Virus record (IMG/VR): IMGVR_UViG_3300043548_000582
Span: 1-64,000 of that record
Reading direction: 5' to 3' (one strand)
DNA length: 64,000 nt
From: a virus
Within the stretch, counting starts at the first letter, position 1; each line of letters starts with the position of its first letter. A program made the position numbers and the translations under genes. The notes beneath the pieces were generated by a model. It saw only the letters and a program-made list of their open reading frames with translations, did not search any database and was not told where the DNA came from. Shown here one piece after another: positions 1-9,409 of this stretch.

Positions 1-129
1 ACAACACAGCATTCTGCGTATGAATTTGTTCTTTTTCAGTGTCCGCTCAGGGCGTCTTCTAATAAAAACAATTTCACACACATTCGACTTCAGCAAGTTT
101 GCCAACTCAATCCGATTAACCTTTCTCAT
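1..129 (-). CDS. Partial phage protein, DUF2693/WYL_2-like SH3-fold (runs off the left edge)
   Basis: Hand translation from the ATG at 129 gives MRKVNRIELANLLKSNVCEIVFIRRRPERTLKKNKFIRRMLCC. The L..NV.E..F...R.M.C pattern is typical of this family. Overlaps the GroES stop. Confidence 0.5.
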   Translation of the reverse strand, partial: MRKVNRIELANLLKSNVCEIVFIRRRPERTLKKNKFIRRMLCC

Positions 130-529
130 TTACTTTACAGATTCCAAACATTCTCTGTTCATTGATGAACAGTCCGTTTTTAAGTTTTCCGTAATCTTCA
201 ACTTCAAGATTGGTAATTGGAATTCCCATGTTGTTGGGGAATACTACAATTTCGCCAACCTTTGTATATTTTACATTGGGTCCAATCAGAATGACTTTGC
301 CTTTTCTCCAAGCATTGTGGACTTGATTAATCGGAACGGCGATTCCACCGCGTAGGATGTATTCAGACCCATCTTCTGAACCGTGAATATCACAATATTC
401 AATCAGAATTACATCATCGAAAACCTTCGATAGTTTGTAATCATCCAGACCGAAATCGCTTGGAAGTGCTCGATCTGCTAGATCGATGTGAGACTTTTGA
501 GGAGTTAATATATCTACAGATACTGACAT
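116..529 (-). CDS. groES: GroES-like co-chaperonin (T4 gp31-like)
   Basis: Cpn10 pattern GGIAVP...GKVILIGPNVKYTKVGEIVVF...FINEQRMFGI. Confidence 0.8.
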   Translation of the reverse strand: MSVSVDILTPQKSHIDLADRALPSDFGLDDYKLSKVFDDVILIEYCDIHGSEDGSEYILRGGIAVPINQVHNAWRKGKVILIGPNVKYTKVGEIVVFPNNMGIPITNLEVEDYGKLKNGLFINEQRMFGICKVNEKG

Positions 530-541
530 GTAAACATTTAA

Positions 542-889
542 TTACATTTCAGTATTTGTCAACATATTCCATTCTCTCTTTGAATAAAAGTCAGGAACCT
601 GATGCTCGATTTTATCTGATGCCTGTTGTTTTTTGTTTTTCTTCACGTAATCAATTTTACGCTTTTTAACCTTTGGTAGTACATGCTCGAAAAACCTATA
701 TGTGTCTTCGTCTGAATTGAAGATATCATGATATGTGTTTGTCGTGGCGTTGATATAATCAACATAGGCTCCATTGCTGTAAAACGAAAAATATCGATTT
801 ACCATATAAGGAGAAAATTCATCAAGAGCCGATGCATCTATTTCGGGGGACGGCTTTTCGAAAAGCAAGTGGTTTATAGCGCTGAACAT
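542..889 (-). CDS. Clamp loader small subunit (gp62-like)
   Basis: FSPYMVNRYFS...YRFFEHVLPKVKKRKIDYVKK resembles the gp62 Y.PY..NR.LS...F....PK.KR pattern; 115 aa. Confidence 0.65.
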   Translation of the reverse strand: MFSAINHLLFEKPSPEIDASALDEFSPYMVNRYFSFYSNGAYVDYINATTNTYHDIFNSDEDTYRFFEHVLPKVKKRKIDYVKKNKKQQASDKIEHQVPDFYSKREWNMLTNTEM

Positions 890-1701
890 TGTGTAGTATT
901 AGACTCTACCAAGAATTCTGAACTTTGCAAGATCAATCGGCCATTCGCAAGATCGAAAATGTGATTTTTACATCTTGCCATTTCCGATTTCAAATCATCA
1001 ATGTTCAAGTTTACATCTCTTGTGTTATCTATCCCGCCTTTGCAACTGATTAAAAATTCAAATTTCGAAGATGGTATTATAGTAACATCCCTAGTATTAA
1101 AATAATAATTTAAATAGCTCTCATCATTTACAGCCGGTTCGTAATTTTTTGATTTGTTGATCTCCATCAACTCATTCAATTCTGACAACATGTTTAGAAC
1201 CTTTTCATAACGACCACCAAAAAATGCACCATAACAATAAGTTAAATGTTCTTCTGATCCGCCTAAACAGCAAGATGAAATTGGATTTCTATCGAATGGT
1301 TTTTTATATACATCTGGATTATCGGGATCGAATGCCATGTATGTCGAATTTCCGAAATGTTCTCCAGCTACGATATTGCCGCCGATGAACCAATCCCCAA
1401 ACTCCTTATTTATGTTCGTATCTGCATCAAAATAATAAAGATAATCAACGTCGATATTATCTTTATTGTCTAGTATATTATGAAATTTCGAATTAGTTCC
1501 TTCCAACCAGCTATTGTGTTTAGTCTCAAAATATTTGTAATTTATATAGTCTGGTAAGCATTCAGAAGGATCAGAATCTGAAAATATAAAAAACTGTAGG
1601 TAGAAATTTCCCTTATAATACTTGTAAAACTTCTTTATAAATCTTATAGCTAAAACTATATAGGCGTTTGTCCCTATGACATAAATTCCAAGTTTTTTCA
1701 T
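874..1701 (-). CDS. Glycosyltransferase family 6 (ABO/alpha-Gal transferase family)
   Basis: YLYYFDAD (DxD), YCYGAFFGG and NDESYLNYYF are GT6 hallmark motifs. Confidence 0.85.
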   Translation of the reverse strand: MKKLGIYVIGTNAYIVLAIRFIKKFYKYYKGNFYLQFFIFSDSDPSECLPDYINYKYFETKHNSWLEGTNSKFHNILDNKDNIDVDYLYYFDADTNINKEFGDWFIGGNIVAGEHFGNSTYMAFDPDNPDVYKKPFDRNPISSCCLGGSEEHLTYCYGAFFGGRYEKVLNMLSELNELMEINKSKNYEPAVNDESYLNYYFNTRDVTIIPSSKFEFLISCKGGIDNTRDVNLNIDDLKSEMARCKNHIFDLANGRLILQSSEFLVESNTTQCSAL

Positions 1702-1717
1702 TTCAATGGTTGTAACT

Positions 1718-2476
1718 TTAAGTTAGGATTCTCAGTTTTATAAATTCATCTCTATGTATGTCACGGCTATACTCACCATTCATCCAATATTCTGGAACTA
1801 TTATTTTATTTTTGTTAGTTCCTAAAAAACTACCCCACCACGAAAATGAACTATTGCTACACACTATATTTTTATATTTACTCAATAAAATTAAATCATC
1901 TAACGCCGGTCTGGATCGATGTAAATTAAATTTATAGCCTTTAAATTCGTTAGAAATATACTCCGGCGAATCTGAGAAGATGTCTATATTATATCCATCA
2001 AATATTTCAAAACATTTGTTGAAATATTTTGTATTACATATTTTATATGCATTTTCTATTGTCAGGTAGTCACCCCTCCTTATATGAAAGGCTACCCTAT
2101 CAGAATTCATAGAATCTATGTCGGAAGGTGTGTATAGTAAATTTTTAAAATCATCGGCATAATTTTGAAAATATTTCAAAGATTGAAAATATCCATTTAA
2201 ATGTATATCTTTATCTTTTTCAGGGTCTGGAATCTTAACATATTTATAAGCATTATGCTCTGTAAATTCGCATTCTTTTGATAATGGAATTTCATAGTTG
2301 AAGTTTTTAAATATTGTTCTTGAATATGGATCGGATGCAGATTCACCATCATATGGAAAATTTTCAGTATTAATTTTTAAATCTAAGTTATAATCTCTGC
2401 AATATGCATATGCGGCAGCAATTTGAAACAATTGATTGCCCAATCTGCCGCGTAATTTTATATAACACTTATTCAT
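1718..2476 (-). CDS. Glycosyltransferase family 11 (alpha-1,2-fucosyltransferase-like)
   Basis: GRLGNQLFQ, GYFQS, HIRRGDY, NSSFSWWG. Confidence 0.9.
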   Translation of the reverse strand: MNKCYIKLRGRLGNQLFQIAAAYAYCRDYNLDLKINTENFPYDGESASDPYSRTIFKNFNYEIPLSKECEFTEHNAYKYVKIPDPEKDKDIHLNGYFQSLKYFQNYADDFKNLLYTPSDIDSMNSDRVAFHIRRGDYLTIENAYKICNTKYFNKCFEIFDGYNIDIFSDSPEYISNEFKGYKFNLHRSRPALDDLILLSKYKNIVCSNSSFSWWGSFLGTNKNKIIVPEYWMNGEYSRDIHRDEFIKLRILT

Positions 2477-2480
2477 AATA

Positions 2481-3182
2481 TTAATATTTCAATCTTGCAC
2501 CGTGGAATGGATATTCATCATCAAACAAATATCCATTCTGATCTAATGCCATCCATATTTCATTTTGCAATAACAGCACATTTTTAGTTTTACATATAAG
2601 GGAAAATATAGATTGATCATGTCTATGATCGATGAAATCAGGGTGATTTTGAATAATTGACGGACTATCATCTATCAGATGATAGTCCGAAGCCAACTTA
2701 ATCCATGTATTTATTATATCTACAGTATTGGGAGTTTTTTTAATGATGAAAGAGGTCGCGGCTACTTGACCAGTGTTTAAGAACCTTTCAGCATTTAATT
2801 GAACCACTAAATCCATTTTACAATACTGACATTCTAAATGAGGCGTTTGAAACGCCAACATGTCTACCTCGCGCAACAATTCTTTATATTCATTAAATCT
2901 ACGAATGCCTTTTGGATTAATAATGCATCCAATATCGCAATATACTAATATATCCCCGGCCTCCATATTATCCAAACATTTCCCGACTATTGTTGGTTTC
3001 CACGACCAATATCCAAACCCTCTAGAATTGGTATTGCAATAATTTAACATATCGGATGATAAATCTTCCTCTCCGAATAGTTTTATATGATCGAAAAATT
3101 TTGAATTTACGGCTTCATCATATATTCTAGTTTTAGTTTTAGAATATTTCGAATCTGCAAATGAAGAAAACCAGACTTTCAT
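2481..3182 (-). CDS. Putative GT-A fold glycosyltransferase
   Basis: RGFGYWSWKP, YCDIG and DHRHDQSIFSL motifs; lies inside the GT operon. Confidence 0.65.
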   Translation of the reverse strand: MKVWFSSFADSKYSKTKTRIYDEAVNSKFFDHIKLFGEEDLSSDMLNYCNTNSRGFGYWSWKPTIVGKCLDNMEAGDILVYCDIGCIINPKGIRRFNEYKELLREVDMLAFQTPHLECQYCKMDLVVQLNAERFLNTGQVAATSFIIKKTPNTVDIINTWIKLASDYHLIDDSPSIIQNHPDFIDHRHDQSIFSLICKTKNVLLLQNEIWMALDQNGYLFDDEYPFHGARLKY

Positions 3183-3709
3183 TTTTTAGCCTCCACATTC
3201 AAACTCATAAGCATTCCATTATCTTTATCTAAATGCGGTAGATAACATTGACTGAAATCGTCTATATTAGAATGCTCTGTATTTCTCCAATCATATCTTT
3301 GAACATCCGAAAACCCGACATCAATGAGATCATTTTTCAATGTTTCGAAATCCCATCCACAATAATGATAATTTTGTGGATAAGTTTGACCGCCCCATAA
3401 AAATCCTCTAAGTATTTTGAGATCTTTATATTTTAAATAGTGATTGCATACCGATTCGATATCAGGAACTGCCAATCTCAAAATTCCACCATCGGATAAT
3501 ACATCATACCAATTTTTCAAAATATTTATATATTCGTATCTATTAAAATGTTCCAACACATGAGAACAATATATCAATTCAATATTTTTATCTTTAAAAC
3601 TATATAAGTCTTTGATATCCTTAACTACATCGACTCCTTCACTTGGACGGATATCTACATTTATGAATCCCTTTAAAATTTTATCACCACACCCAATATG
3701 TAATTTCAT
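3179..3709 (-). CDS. Class I SAM-dependent methyltransferase (likely acts on a glycan)
   Basis: LHIGCG...NVDI, SHVLEHF, L..GG.LRLAVPD. Confidence 0.85.
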   Translation of the reverse strand: MKLHIGCGDKILKGFINVDIRPSEGVDVVKDIKDLYSFKDKNIELIYCSHVLEHFNRYEYINILKNWYDVLSDGGILRLAVPDIESVCNHYLKYKDLKILRGFLWGGQTYPQNYHYCGWDFETLKNDLIDVGFSDVQRYDWRNTEHSNIDDFSQCYLPHLDKDNGMLMSLNVEAKK

Positions 3710-4500
3710 ATATATTTATTATATATTAGCCAATCTTCCACTGTCAAGTACTTATTTGCTATCTCAAAATTTTGCTTTACATAAGATAGTTTAGAATTAT
3801 ATAACTCCAAGGTTAGACTATTCAAAATACTTTCTAATTCTTCGAAAGTATTAAATATTAAAAGTCCTTCAGGGTTAAAGAAATGTGATATATTTTCACA
3901 CCCCCAGTAAATGGGAATGGTACCAGTTTTAAAACAGTCTATTATTTTTTCAGTAAAATACCAAGGAGATTTAGTATTTTCTATAACTATAGAAAACATA
4001 TAATCTTTAAGCGCATCTACTTTATGGTCAACTGGATTATAATAATATCCAAATTTATCAAATCCATTAAAATTATTAGCGATATAATGCCTCAACCTAT
4101 GCCCCTTTAATTGCATTTTCCCAGATGCTATCAAATTACATATTTTATTTTTTGGATATATATATTGATCATTTGGGGAAATCCAACATCCGCCCCACGG
4201 TACAACTTTACTATTGGGTAATTTTAAAATATCTGCATCATGTGTCCATATTTTAGAAAAATTGCTATAGTGTTTCTCTAACCATTCATAATATGGTGAA
4301 TGGTATTCTCTGGGCTCGATCAACCATGCAATATTATTAGGATTTTTTTCACGATATTCAGTTAAATTGCAATCAGTATATACCACAATATCATCATCTG
4401 ATATTGTGGATGTTCTATCCCATTCTAATAATAGTGAATTATTGTATGGTGTAGAGAATTCTTGATGACTGAATATAGAATCTTTAATTTTTAGTTTCAT
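3706..4500 (-). CDS. Glycosyltransferase family 10 (alpha-1,3-fucosyltransferase-like)
   Basis: GT10 signature YMFSIVIEN...YFTEKIIDCF..GTIPIYWG. Start placed at 4500 (MKLKIK) because of an ATGA overlap with the extended upstream frame. Confidence 0.85.
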   Translation of the reverse strand: MKLKIKDSIFSHQEFSTPYNNSLLLEWDRTSTISDDDIVVYTDCNLTEYREKNPNNIAWLIEPREYHSPYYEWLEKHYSNFSKIWTHDADILKLPNSKVVPWGGCWISPNDQYIYPKNKICNLIASGKMQLKGHRLRHYIANNFNGFDKFGYYYNPVDHKVDALKDYMFSIVIENTKSPWYFTEKIIDCFKTGTIPIYWGCENISHFFNPEGLLIFNTFEELESILNSLTLELYNSKLSYVKQNFEIANKYLTVEDWLIYNKYI

Positions 4501-4565
4501 ATGAAATTCCATGTTTTAACTTCATTTAATAAAGCATTTGTATACATTGATAATATTCTATTATA

Positions 4566-5228
4566 TTATTTAATATTATCATTTATATATGGATTATTAT
4601 CATAGGCGGTTTCTGTTCTGATATGATTCAAATGGTATAATGGTCCAGAAACTCGCGCAATCTTGTATGCTAATTTGGAATATCTTGTATAAATTTCATT
4701 ATCTTCATAACCAAGCCCTTTGAAGTTTTCATTAGCTCCTCCCCCATTTATAAAAACATCCCTTTTGAAAAATACAACTCCTCCAACAGAATCGGAATTG
4801 AATAAAGTACACTCATTCAATGGTATTTCTTCTATTTTAGAAGTATATTCATGATATTTTTTAGGAACATCATAAAATCTACCATCATAAGGGTATACTA
4901 TATCATACTCTCCAGAATTTATAAGATTAAATGCTTTTATCAATTGAGCAGGATTCATAAAAATATCAGCATCATAATGTGCTATAATGGGAGCATTCGA
5001 GTGTTTTACACCAATATTCAAACCTTTTTGCCTATTGAAGAACTCATCAACCTGATTGAATATATAATCACATTCGTATCTATCCTTTAACTTTGGAGAA
5101 GTGTCTGATTCAGTTAAAATAATATTACATTCAATATTATTTTTTAGAAATTCCATAATAATATCTAAATTATTAATTCTATCAACACTATCTACCTTCA
5201 AAGATATTATAATATCTAACTTATTCAT
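4566..5228 (-). CDS. GT2/GT7C-type (galactosyltransferase-like) glycosyltransferase; stop may be premature
   Basis: FNRQKGLNIG, HYDAD, GGVVFF, GGANENFKGLGYEDNE, LYHLNH. After TAA at 4566-4568 the frame stays open for 22 more codons to TGA at 4497-4499. Confidence 0.8.
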   Translation of the reverse strand: MNKLDIIISLKVDSVDRINNLDIIMEFLKNNIECNIILTESDTSPKLKDRYECDYIFNQVDEFFNRQKGLNIGVKHSNAPIIAHYDADIFMNPAQLIKAFNLINSGEYDIVYPYDGRFYDVPKKYHEYTSKIEEIPLNECTLFNSDSVGGVVFFKRDVFINGGGANENFKGLGYEDNEIYTRYSKLAYKIARVSGPLYHLNHIRTETAYDNNPYINDNIK

Positions 5229-6037
5229 TTTTTTAAAAATTTTAATAGTTCTAACACTTCTGATTGTGATGTATCTGGAACTCCATTAGGTCCATAAGGT
5301 GATATGTTGTGTTTTTTCTCAAACAACTGTATCGATTTTTTTATATTTGAACTCCACTCTTCCATTTTTTTGGAAGTTTTTATAGTTGAAGATTCTTCTG
5401 AACAGGCTTGTTCAGTGATATATTCATATGAATTAGCTATATCAGCCCACCACCAGTAAGGAGTTGAATATTTATTCAATGATAATGTATAACTATGCGA
5501 AACATGATCAAATGCATTTTTGAAATTTTCATCAATCAATCCACACATTTCAAGAGCTTGTTTTGTATAGTAACAAAACGCTCCGACACAGTGCATATTC
5601 AAAGCTATCGAAACATCATCCGCGTAATTTACAATAAGTCTAGGAGTTGGGATTCCTTTAGAAACGCCATTTTTATTCGCGGGGCCATGATAGCCAAACA
5701 TCATATGTTGAATACCTGATATTTTAGATGCTTTTATGTATGTATGAAAAATACTATCATCTAATATCAACATATCGTCCTCTATTATAAATATATGATC
5801 ACACCCTTCATCTAAAAGATGCCTCATAGCTATATTTTTAGATTTGGCAACGCCTAAATTAACCTCATTATTTACAAGATAATAATTGTAACCTTCTAAG
5901 TTATCAATTCGATCTCCATCATTCACAATAATGAGATCGACGAAATTGCAATATGCGATACTATTTAATAAGTTTTTGAGAAATTCGGGTCTGTTACATG
6001 TAACAATCCCAACCCCTATTCGTTCTTCACTTGCCAT
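5225..6037 (-). CDS. Glycosyltransferase family 2
   Basis: VGIVTCNRPEFL, IIVNDG, NLGVAKSKN, IFIIEDD, GLIDENF. Confidence 0.85.
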   Translation of the reverse strand: MASEERIGVGIVTCNRPEFLKNLLNSIAYCNFVDLIIVNDGDRIDNLEGYNYYLVNNEVNLGVAKSKNIAMRHLLDEGCDHIFIIEDDMLILDDSIFHTYIKASKISGIQHMMFGYHGPANKNGVSKGIPTPRLIVNYADDVSIALNMHCVGAFCYYTKQALEMCGLIDENFKNAFDHVSHSYTLSLNKYSTPYWWWADIANSYEYITEQACSEESSTIKTSKKMEEWSSNIKKSIQLFEKKHNISPYGPNGVPDTSQSEVLELLKFLKK

Positions 6038-6761
6038 TTTTTTTAATTTGTTTCATTAATTTTCCAACAGCAGCATCCATCTTCGTAGCCTTTTGTTGGT
6101 CTTTGAGAAGAGATTCTATCAACTGTAAATTTTCTTCGCTGAAGAAATTTGAATCGGGTTCGATCAGTGCGCCAGATTCATCAATGAACTGTGATATATA
6201 GAATAGCCTGTCATCAACTGTCTTACCTTCAACTGGAATGATCGCAGGGCAATCATCCTTTGGATAAAATATATCAGTCTCCAAGTTTTCTGAGTAATGC
6301 TCATATAGTTGAGCGAACACGCCATCAACTTCCTTTAGGTGTTCAAGATTTACATCACGGATACCATCATCTACAACTTTAATTTCATCATCGAATGGCA
6401 ACCAAAAAATAATATCAAGGTGCTTCATACTTTCTCTAACCAGCGATATACTTGCAGCAGTAACTTCATCTGAAATTTGATCATACGAGTTTGCAACAAG
6501 CGTGTACGCCAAATTATCCCAAGGACATCTATCATAAATGATGTTGGTATCTTTCGGGATACTTTCCTGCGTTTTTAGCATCCAATCCAAAATTAATAAC
6601 TGGGTTTCTTCATTTGTATTTGAAGAATGTTCCAAATTATTCTCTTCGAGAATATCTCGATATGTTTTGGCAGGGGTTTCAAACATTGGCCATTTTTGCA
6701 TGAAAGCTCTTACTAATGTTGACTTCCCTGAATTTTGGGTACCGCTAATTGCAATTCTCAT
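6027..6761 (-). CDS. P-loop nucleotide kinase-like ATPase (AAA_28/NadR-TMK-like)
   Basis: Walker A RIAISGTQNSGKSTL; IIYDRCPWDNLAY. Confidence 0.75.
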   Translation of the reverse strand: MRIAISGTQNSGKSTLVRAFMQKWPMFETPAKTYRDILEENNLEHSSNTNEETQLLILDWMLKTQESIPKDTNIIYDRCPWDNLAYTLVANSYDQISDEVTAASISLVRESMKHLDIIFWLPFDDEIKVVDDGIRDVNLEHLKEVDGVFAQLYEHYSENLETDIFYPKDDCPAIIPVEGKTVDDRLFYISQFIDESGALIEPDSNFFSEENLQLIESLLKDQQKATKMDAAVGKLMKQIKKNGK

Positions 6762-6780
6762 ATTTTTAATTTATCAAAGA

Positions 6781-7446
6781 TTATTCAGATTTCAAGAACA
6801 TTTCCCAATCTTCTAGAAAATCTACGAAAACATATCCATTTTTCGGTTTTGTTGGTGGTTTCATCAGCTTCAGTTTCTTTCCTTGTGTTGATACCCAAGC
6901 CTTTAAATCGGGATCTGATGGCTTGAATTTCGAAAGATCACACTCATCGAGAAGTCTATCCGCCTTCCACATATTAAGCTCTCTATGGCACGTAATCTGG
7001 TTATCCCATGTATTTGCGTTGCCGGGATGTTTTGATTTCGGATATATATGATCCACTGTCATTGTGCCAACGCTCAACTTCAATCCTGAATATCCGCATG
7101 TATAGTTATCCCGTTTGAATATGTTGTATTTCGTCGGGAAAATCACTCTTTTATGGGGTATTCCTTCATAGTTTGAACATACCACAACAGATGGCACTCT
7201 TACATCTCCACGGATCGTTTTTATTTTTTTGTCATAGCTACGCACGGGCAGCTTCATCCATTCTTGAGCGCTTTTAACGACGTTGAAATACGATATTTCG
7301 TCCAGCTTGTTGCCGTTTTCATCGAATTCATAAATCAAGTCCAATGGATATACAACTTCGGAAAAAATATTCCCGAATGTTTTCTTTTCATCACAAGTTC
7401 CGACAGGGAAATAGTGCTTGTTTAAGACTAAAATGCCTTTGCTCAT
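6781..7446 (-). CDS. HNH endonuclease (McrA-like)
   Basis: VLN..Y.P N-terminus, RVPSVV, IFKRDNYTCGYSG, TVDHIYPKS, WDNQITC..N..KADR. Confidence 0.85.
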   Translation of the reverse strand: MSKGILVLNKHYFPVGTCDEKKTFGNIFSEVVYPLDLIYEFDENGNKLDEISYFNVVKSAQEWMKLPVRSYDKKIKTIRGDVRVPSVVVCSNYEGIPHKRVIFPTKYNIFKRDNYTCGYSGLKLSVGTMTVDHIYPKSKHPGNANTWDNQITCHRELNMWKADRLLDECDLSKFKPSDPDLKAWVSTQGKKLKLMKPPTKPKNGYVFVDFLEDWEMFLKSE

Positions 7447-7452
7447 TGCATG

Positions 7453-7480
7453 ATGATAATGAGCGGATTGGCTTTGTCAA
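7453..7480 (-). promoter_or_regulatory. Sigma70-type early promoter TTGACA-N16-TATCAT, 6 nt before the HNH start codon
   Basis: Read directly from the sequence. Confidence 0.65.
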
Positions 7481-7541
7481 GTGTATATATTTAGTAAAAA
7501 AACCAAATCTAAAAGATTCCACTACCCCTAACAGATTTTGA

Positions 7542-7547
7542 TAAATA
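7542..7547 (+). promoter_or_regulatory. Late promoter core TAAATA upstream of phoH
   Basis: TAAATA-N6-ATG(7554); one of about 21 such sites. Confidence 0.55.
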
Positions 7548-7550
7548 CTA

Positions 7551-8294
7551 ATGATGAGCGTAAAACGTGCTACGCGAAAGCGTAAAGAAGTGCCGGATCT
7601 CGAAAGAGAATTTATGGAGTCATATAAAAAGAATTTCGATTTAAACAATTTGAAATTGAAAAAACACTTCCCGTTTACAGACAACCAAACGAGATGTTAT
7701 TATACGATAAATGATAACAATACCAACATGGTATTTATTGATGGACTAGCTGGAAGCAATAAAACATACCTGTCTGTATATGCAGCCCTTGAGCATTTGA
7801 AAGAGGGTAAATGTGAACAGATCATTTATATCAGATCCGTCGTCGAAAGCTCTTCAAGAAGCTTGGGAGCGCTTCCCGGTGAACTTGATGAAAAGTTCAG
7901 TCCTTACACATTACCTCTAATGGACAAGCTATCAGAGATAGTAGATGAAGGAAGCACTCACGCATTGTTCAATCAAAAATATATCAAAGCGATTCCCGTG
8001 AACTTTGTACGAGGATTGACATTTCACGATTCATTTGTGATCATTGATGAAGCCCAGAACCTAACTAGAGGTGAATTGACCACAATCTTAACCAGATTCG
8101 GGAGAAACAGCAAATACATTATATGCGGTGATGCCAATCAGAGTGACATCAAAGACTCTGGTTTCTCAAAAGTGTTTCAATTATTCAATACCGATCACTC
8201 ATATAAAAACAACATACACTGCGTCAAATTCGACGTTGACGATGTTGTAAGAAGCCCAATACTCAAGCATATTACTCAAATTTTGGGCGTTTGA
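7551..8294 (+). CDS. phoH: PhoH-like ATPase
   Basis: GLAGSNKT, LGALPGELDEKFSPY, RGLTF, IIDEAQN, LTRFG, GDANQSD, DVVRS. Confidence 0.92.
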   Translation: MMSVKRATRKRKEVPDLEREFMESYKKNFDLNNLKLKKHFPFTDNQTRCYYTINDNNTNMVFIDGLAGSNKTYLSVYAALEHLKEGKCEQIIYIRSVVESSSRSLGALPGELDEKFSPYTLPLMDKLSEIVDEGSTHALFNQKYIKAIPVNFVRGLTFHDSFVIIDEAQNLTRGELTTILTRFGRNSKYIICGDANQSDIKDSGFSKVFQLFNTDHSYKNNIHCVKFDVDDVVRSPILKHITQILGV

Positions 8295-8522
8295 TCAGTT
8301 GTTACCCCAACTAGTTCCGTTGAACCAGTCCAGCCCCCTTTGATTCTCAATCGGGGCTGGTTTTGGTGCAGGGTAATGAATTACTTCAGGCTGAATCTCG
8401 ACGGGTGGTTCTTCTTTTTGAACTTCTTCTTTTTCAATCTTTCCGAATTCGGATGTTTCGATGGTAGAGGTTCCAAAAACTTTAAACGATTCGTCCTCGA
8501 TTGCTGATACTTCAATTTTCAT
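8295..8522 (-). CDS. Hypothetical protein
   Basis: Fills the gap; TTGACA-N16-TATATT at 8532-8559 favours the MKIEV start. Confidence 0.5.
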   Translation of the reverse strand: MKIEVSAIEDESFKVFGTSTIETSEFGKIEKEEVQKEEPPVEIQPEVIHYPAPKPAPIENQRGLDWFNGTSWGNN

Positions 8523-8565
8523 ATACTCAGCAATATACATGAATAAAAATAAATGTCAATCTAGA

Positions 8566-8964
8566 TTATTGCAATTGATTGCCTTTAGAATCGACATATA
8601 TCATCTGCTCTTTGCCGGTTGTTGGATCTACAATATAAGCAGAATATATATTTCTCTTAGAAGCCTGATCGTATGACTGGTATTGTATACGTCTCCATGA
8701 AGGTTTTTTATTTGCTGCGATCAGACCTGCTTTTATAGATCGTTCAACTTCAGGTGTGACTTTCACCTCTCCGGGATTTGTTTCACCTGTAACAGCACTC
8801 TTCACGCCCTTCACAAAATTTTTCGGAGTGCTTAACAATGCGTGTGTCTTTGGAGCAATTGCCTTCATGGCATAATTGCCAGCTCTCCAAGCTCCCCTCG
8901 CTGTGTTTTTAAGAGCGTTCCAAACACCTTCTGATAATAGTTCTCTTTGTGAATATTTTTTCAT
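8566..8964 (-). CDS. Hypothetical basic protein, probably head-internal
   Basis: N-terminus MKKYSQRELLSEG resembles a capsid-targeting leader. Confidence 0.5.
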   Translation of the reverse strand: MKKYSQRELLSEGVWNALKNTARGAWRAGNYAMKAIAPKTHALLSTPKNFVKGVKSAVTGETNPGEVKVTPEVERSIKAGLIAANKKPSWRRIQYQSYDQASKRNIYSAYIVDPTTGKEQMIYVDSKGNQLQ

Positions 8965-9407
8965 AAATCTACTTCTATGTTTTTTCCAGCAACATTGACT
9001 AAACTTACATCGATCAATGCATCGAGTGATTTTTCTATGAAATCTTTACCTATCAATATTTTTTGATTGTTGCTGCTTCTATTACCAACACTAAATGGAA
9101 TATTCTCAAAACTTCTCTTTCCAATTTTTATGTCGAAATTTACAACAGGTCTTGGCTCTTGCTTGCCAGCACCTATGTTGATTACAATTTCATCAACAAG
9201 TTCTTTTTCCAGCGATATGGCATTGACTGTTGTAAATCGGACTAATTTTTGTTTTTTGTCAATTTGAATGTCTTCACCATGGATTACATTGAATGCACCG
9301 TTACCGCTGTCGATTTTTGAAGATATTTTTCCAAGACCGTCGATGTATACATCTTCGATCAAACCTATAACATACTTCTCAAAAAAGAACTGGTCGAACT
9401 TTATCAT
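8961..9407 (-). CDS. RimB/RimK-associated retropepsin-like protease (PF05618-like)
   Basis: KIDSGN (D[ST]G), EPRPVV.FDIKIG, FSVGNRS, ILIGKDF. Confidence 0.75.
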   Translation of the reverse strand: MIKFDQFFFEKYVIGLIEDVYIDGLGKISSKIDSGNGAFNVIHGEDIQIDKKQKLVRFTTVNAISLEKELVDEIVINIGAGKQEPRPVVNFDIKIGKRSFENIPFSVGNRSSNNQKILIGKDFIEKSLDALIDVSLVNVAGKNIEVDL

Positions 9408-9409
9408 GT

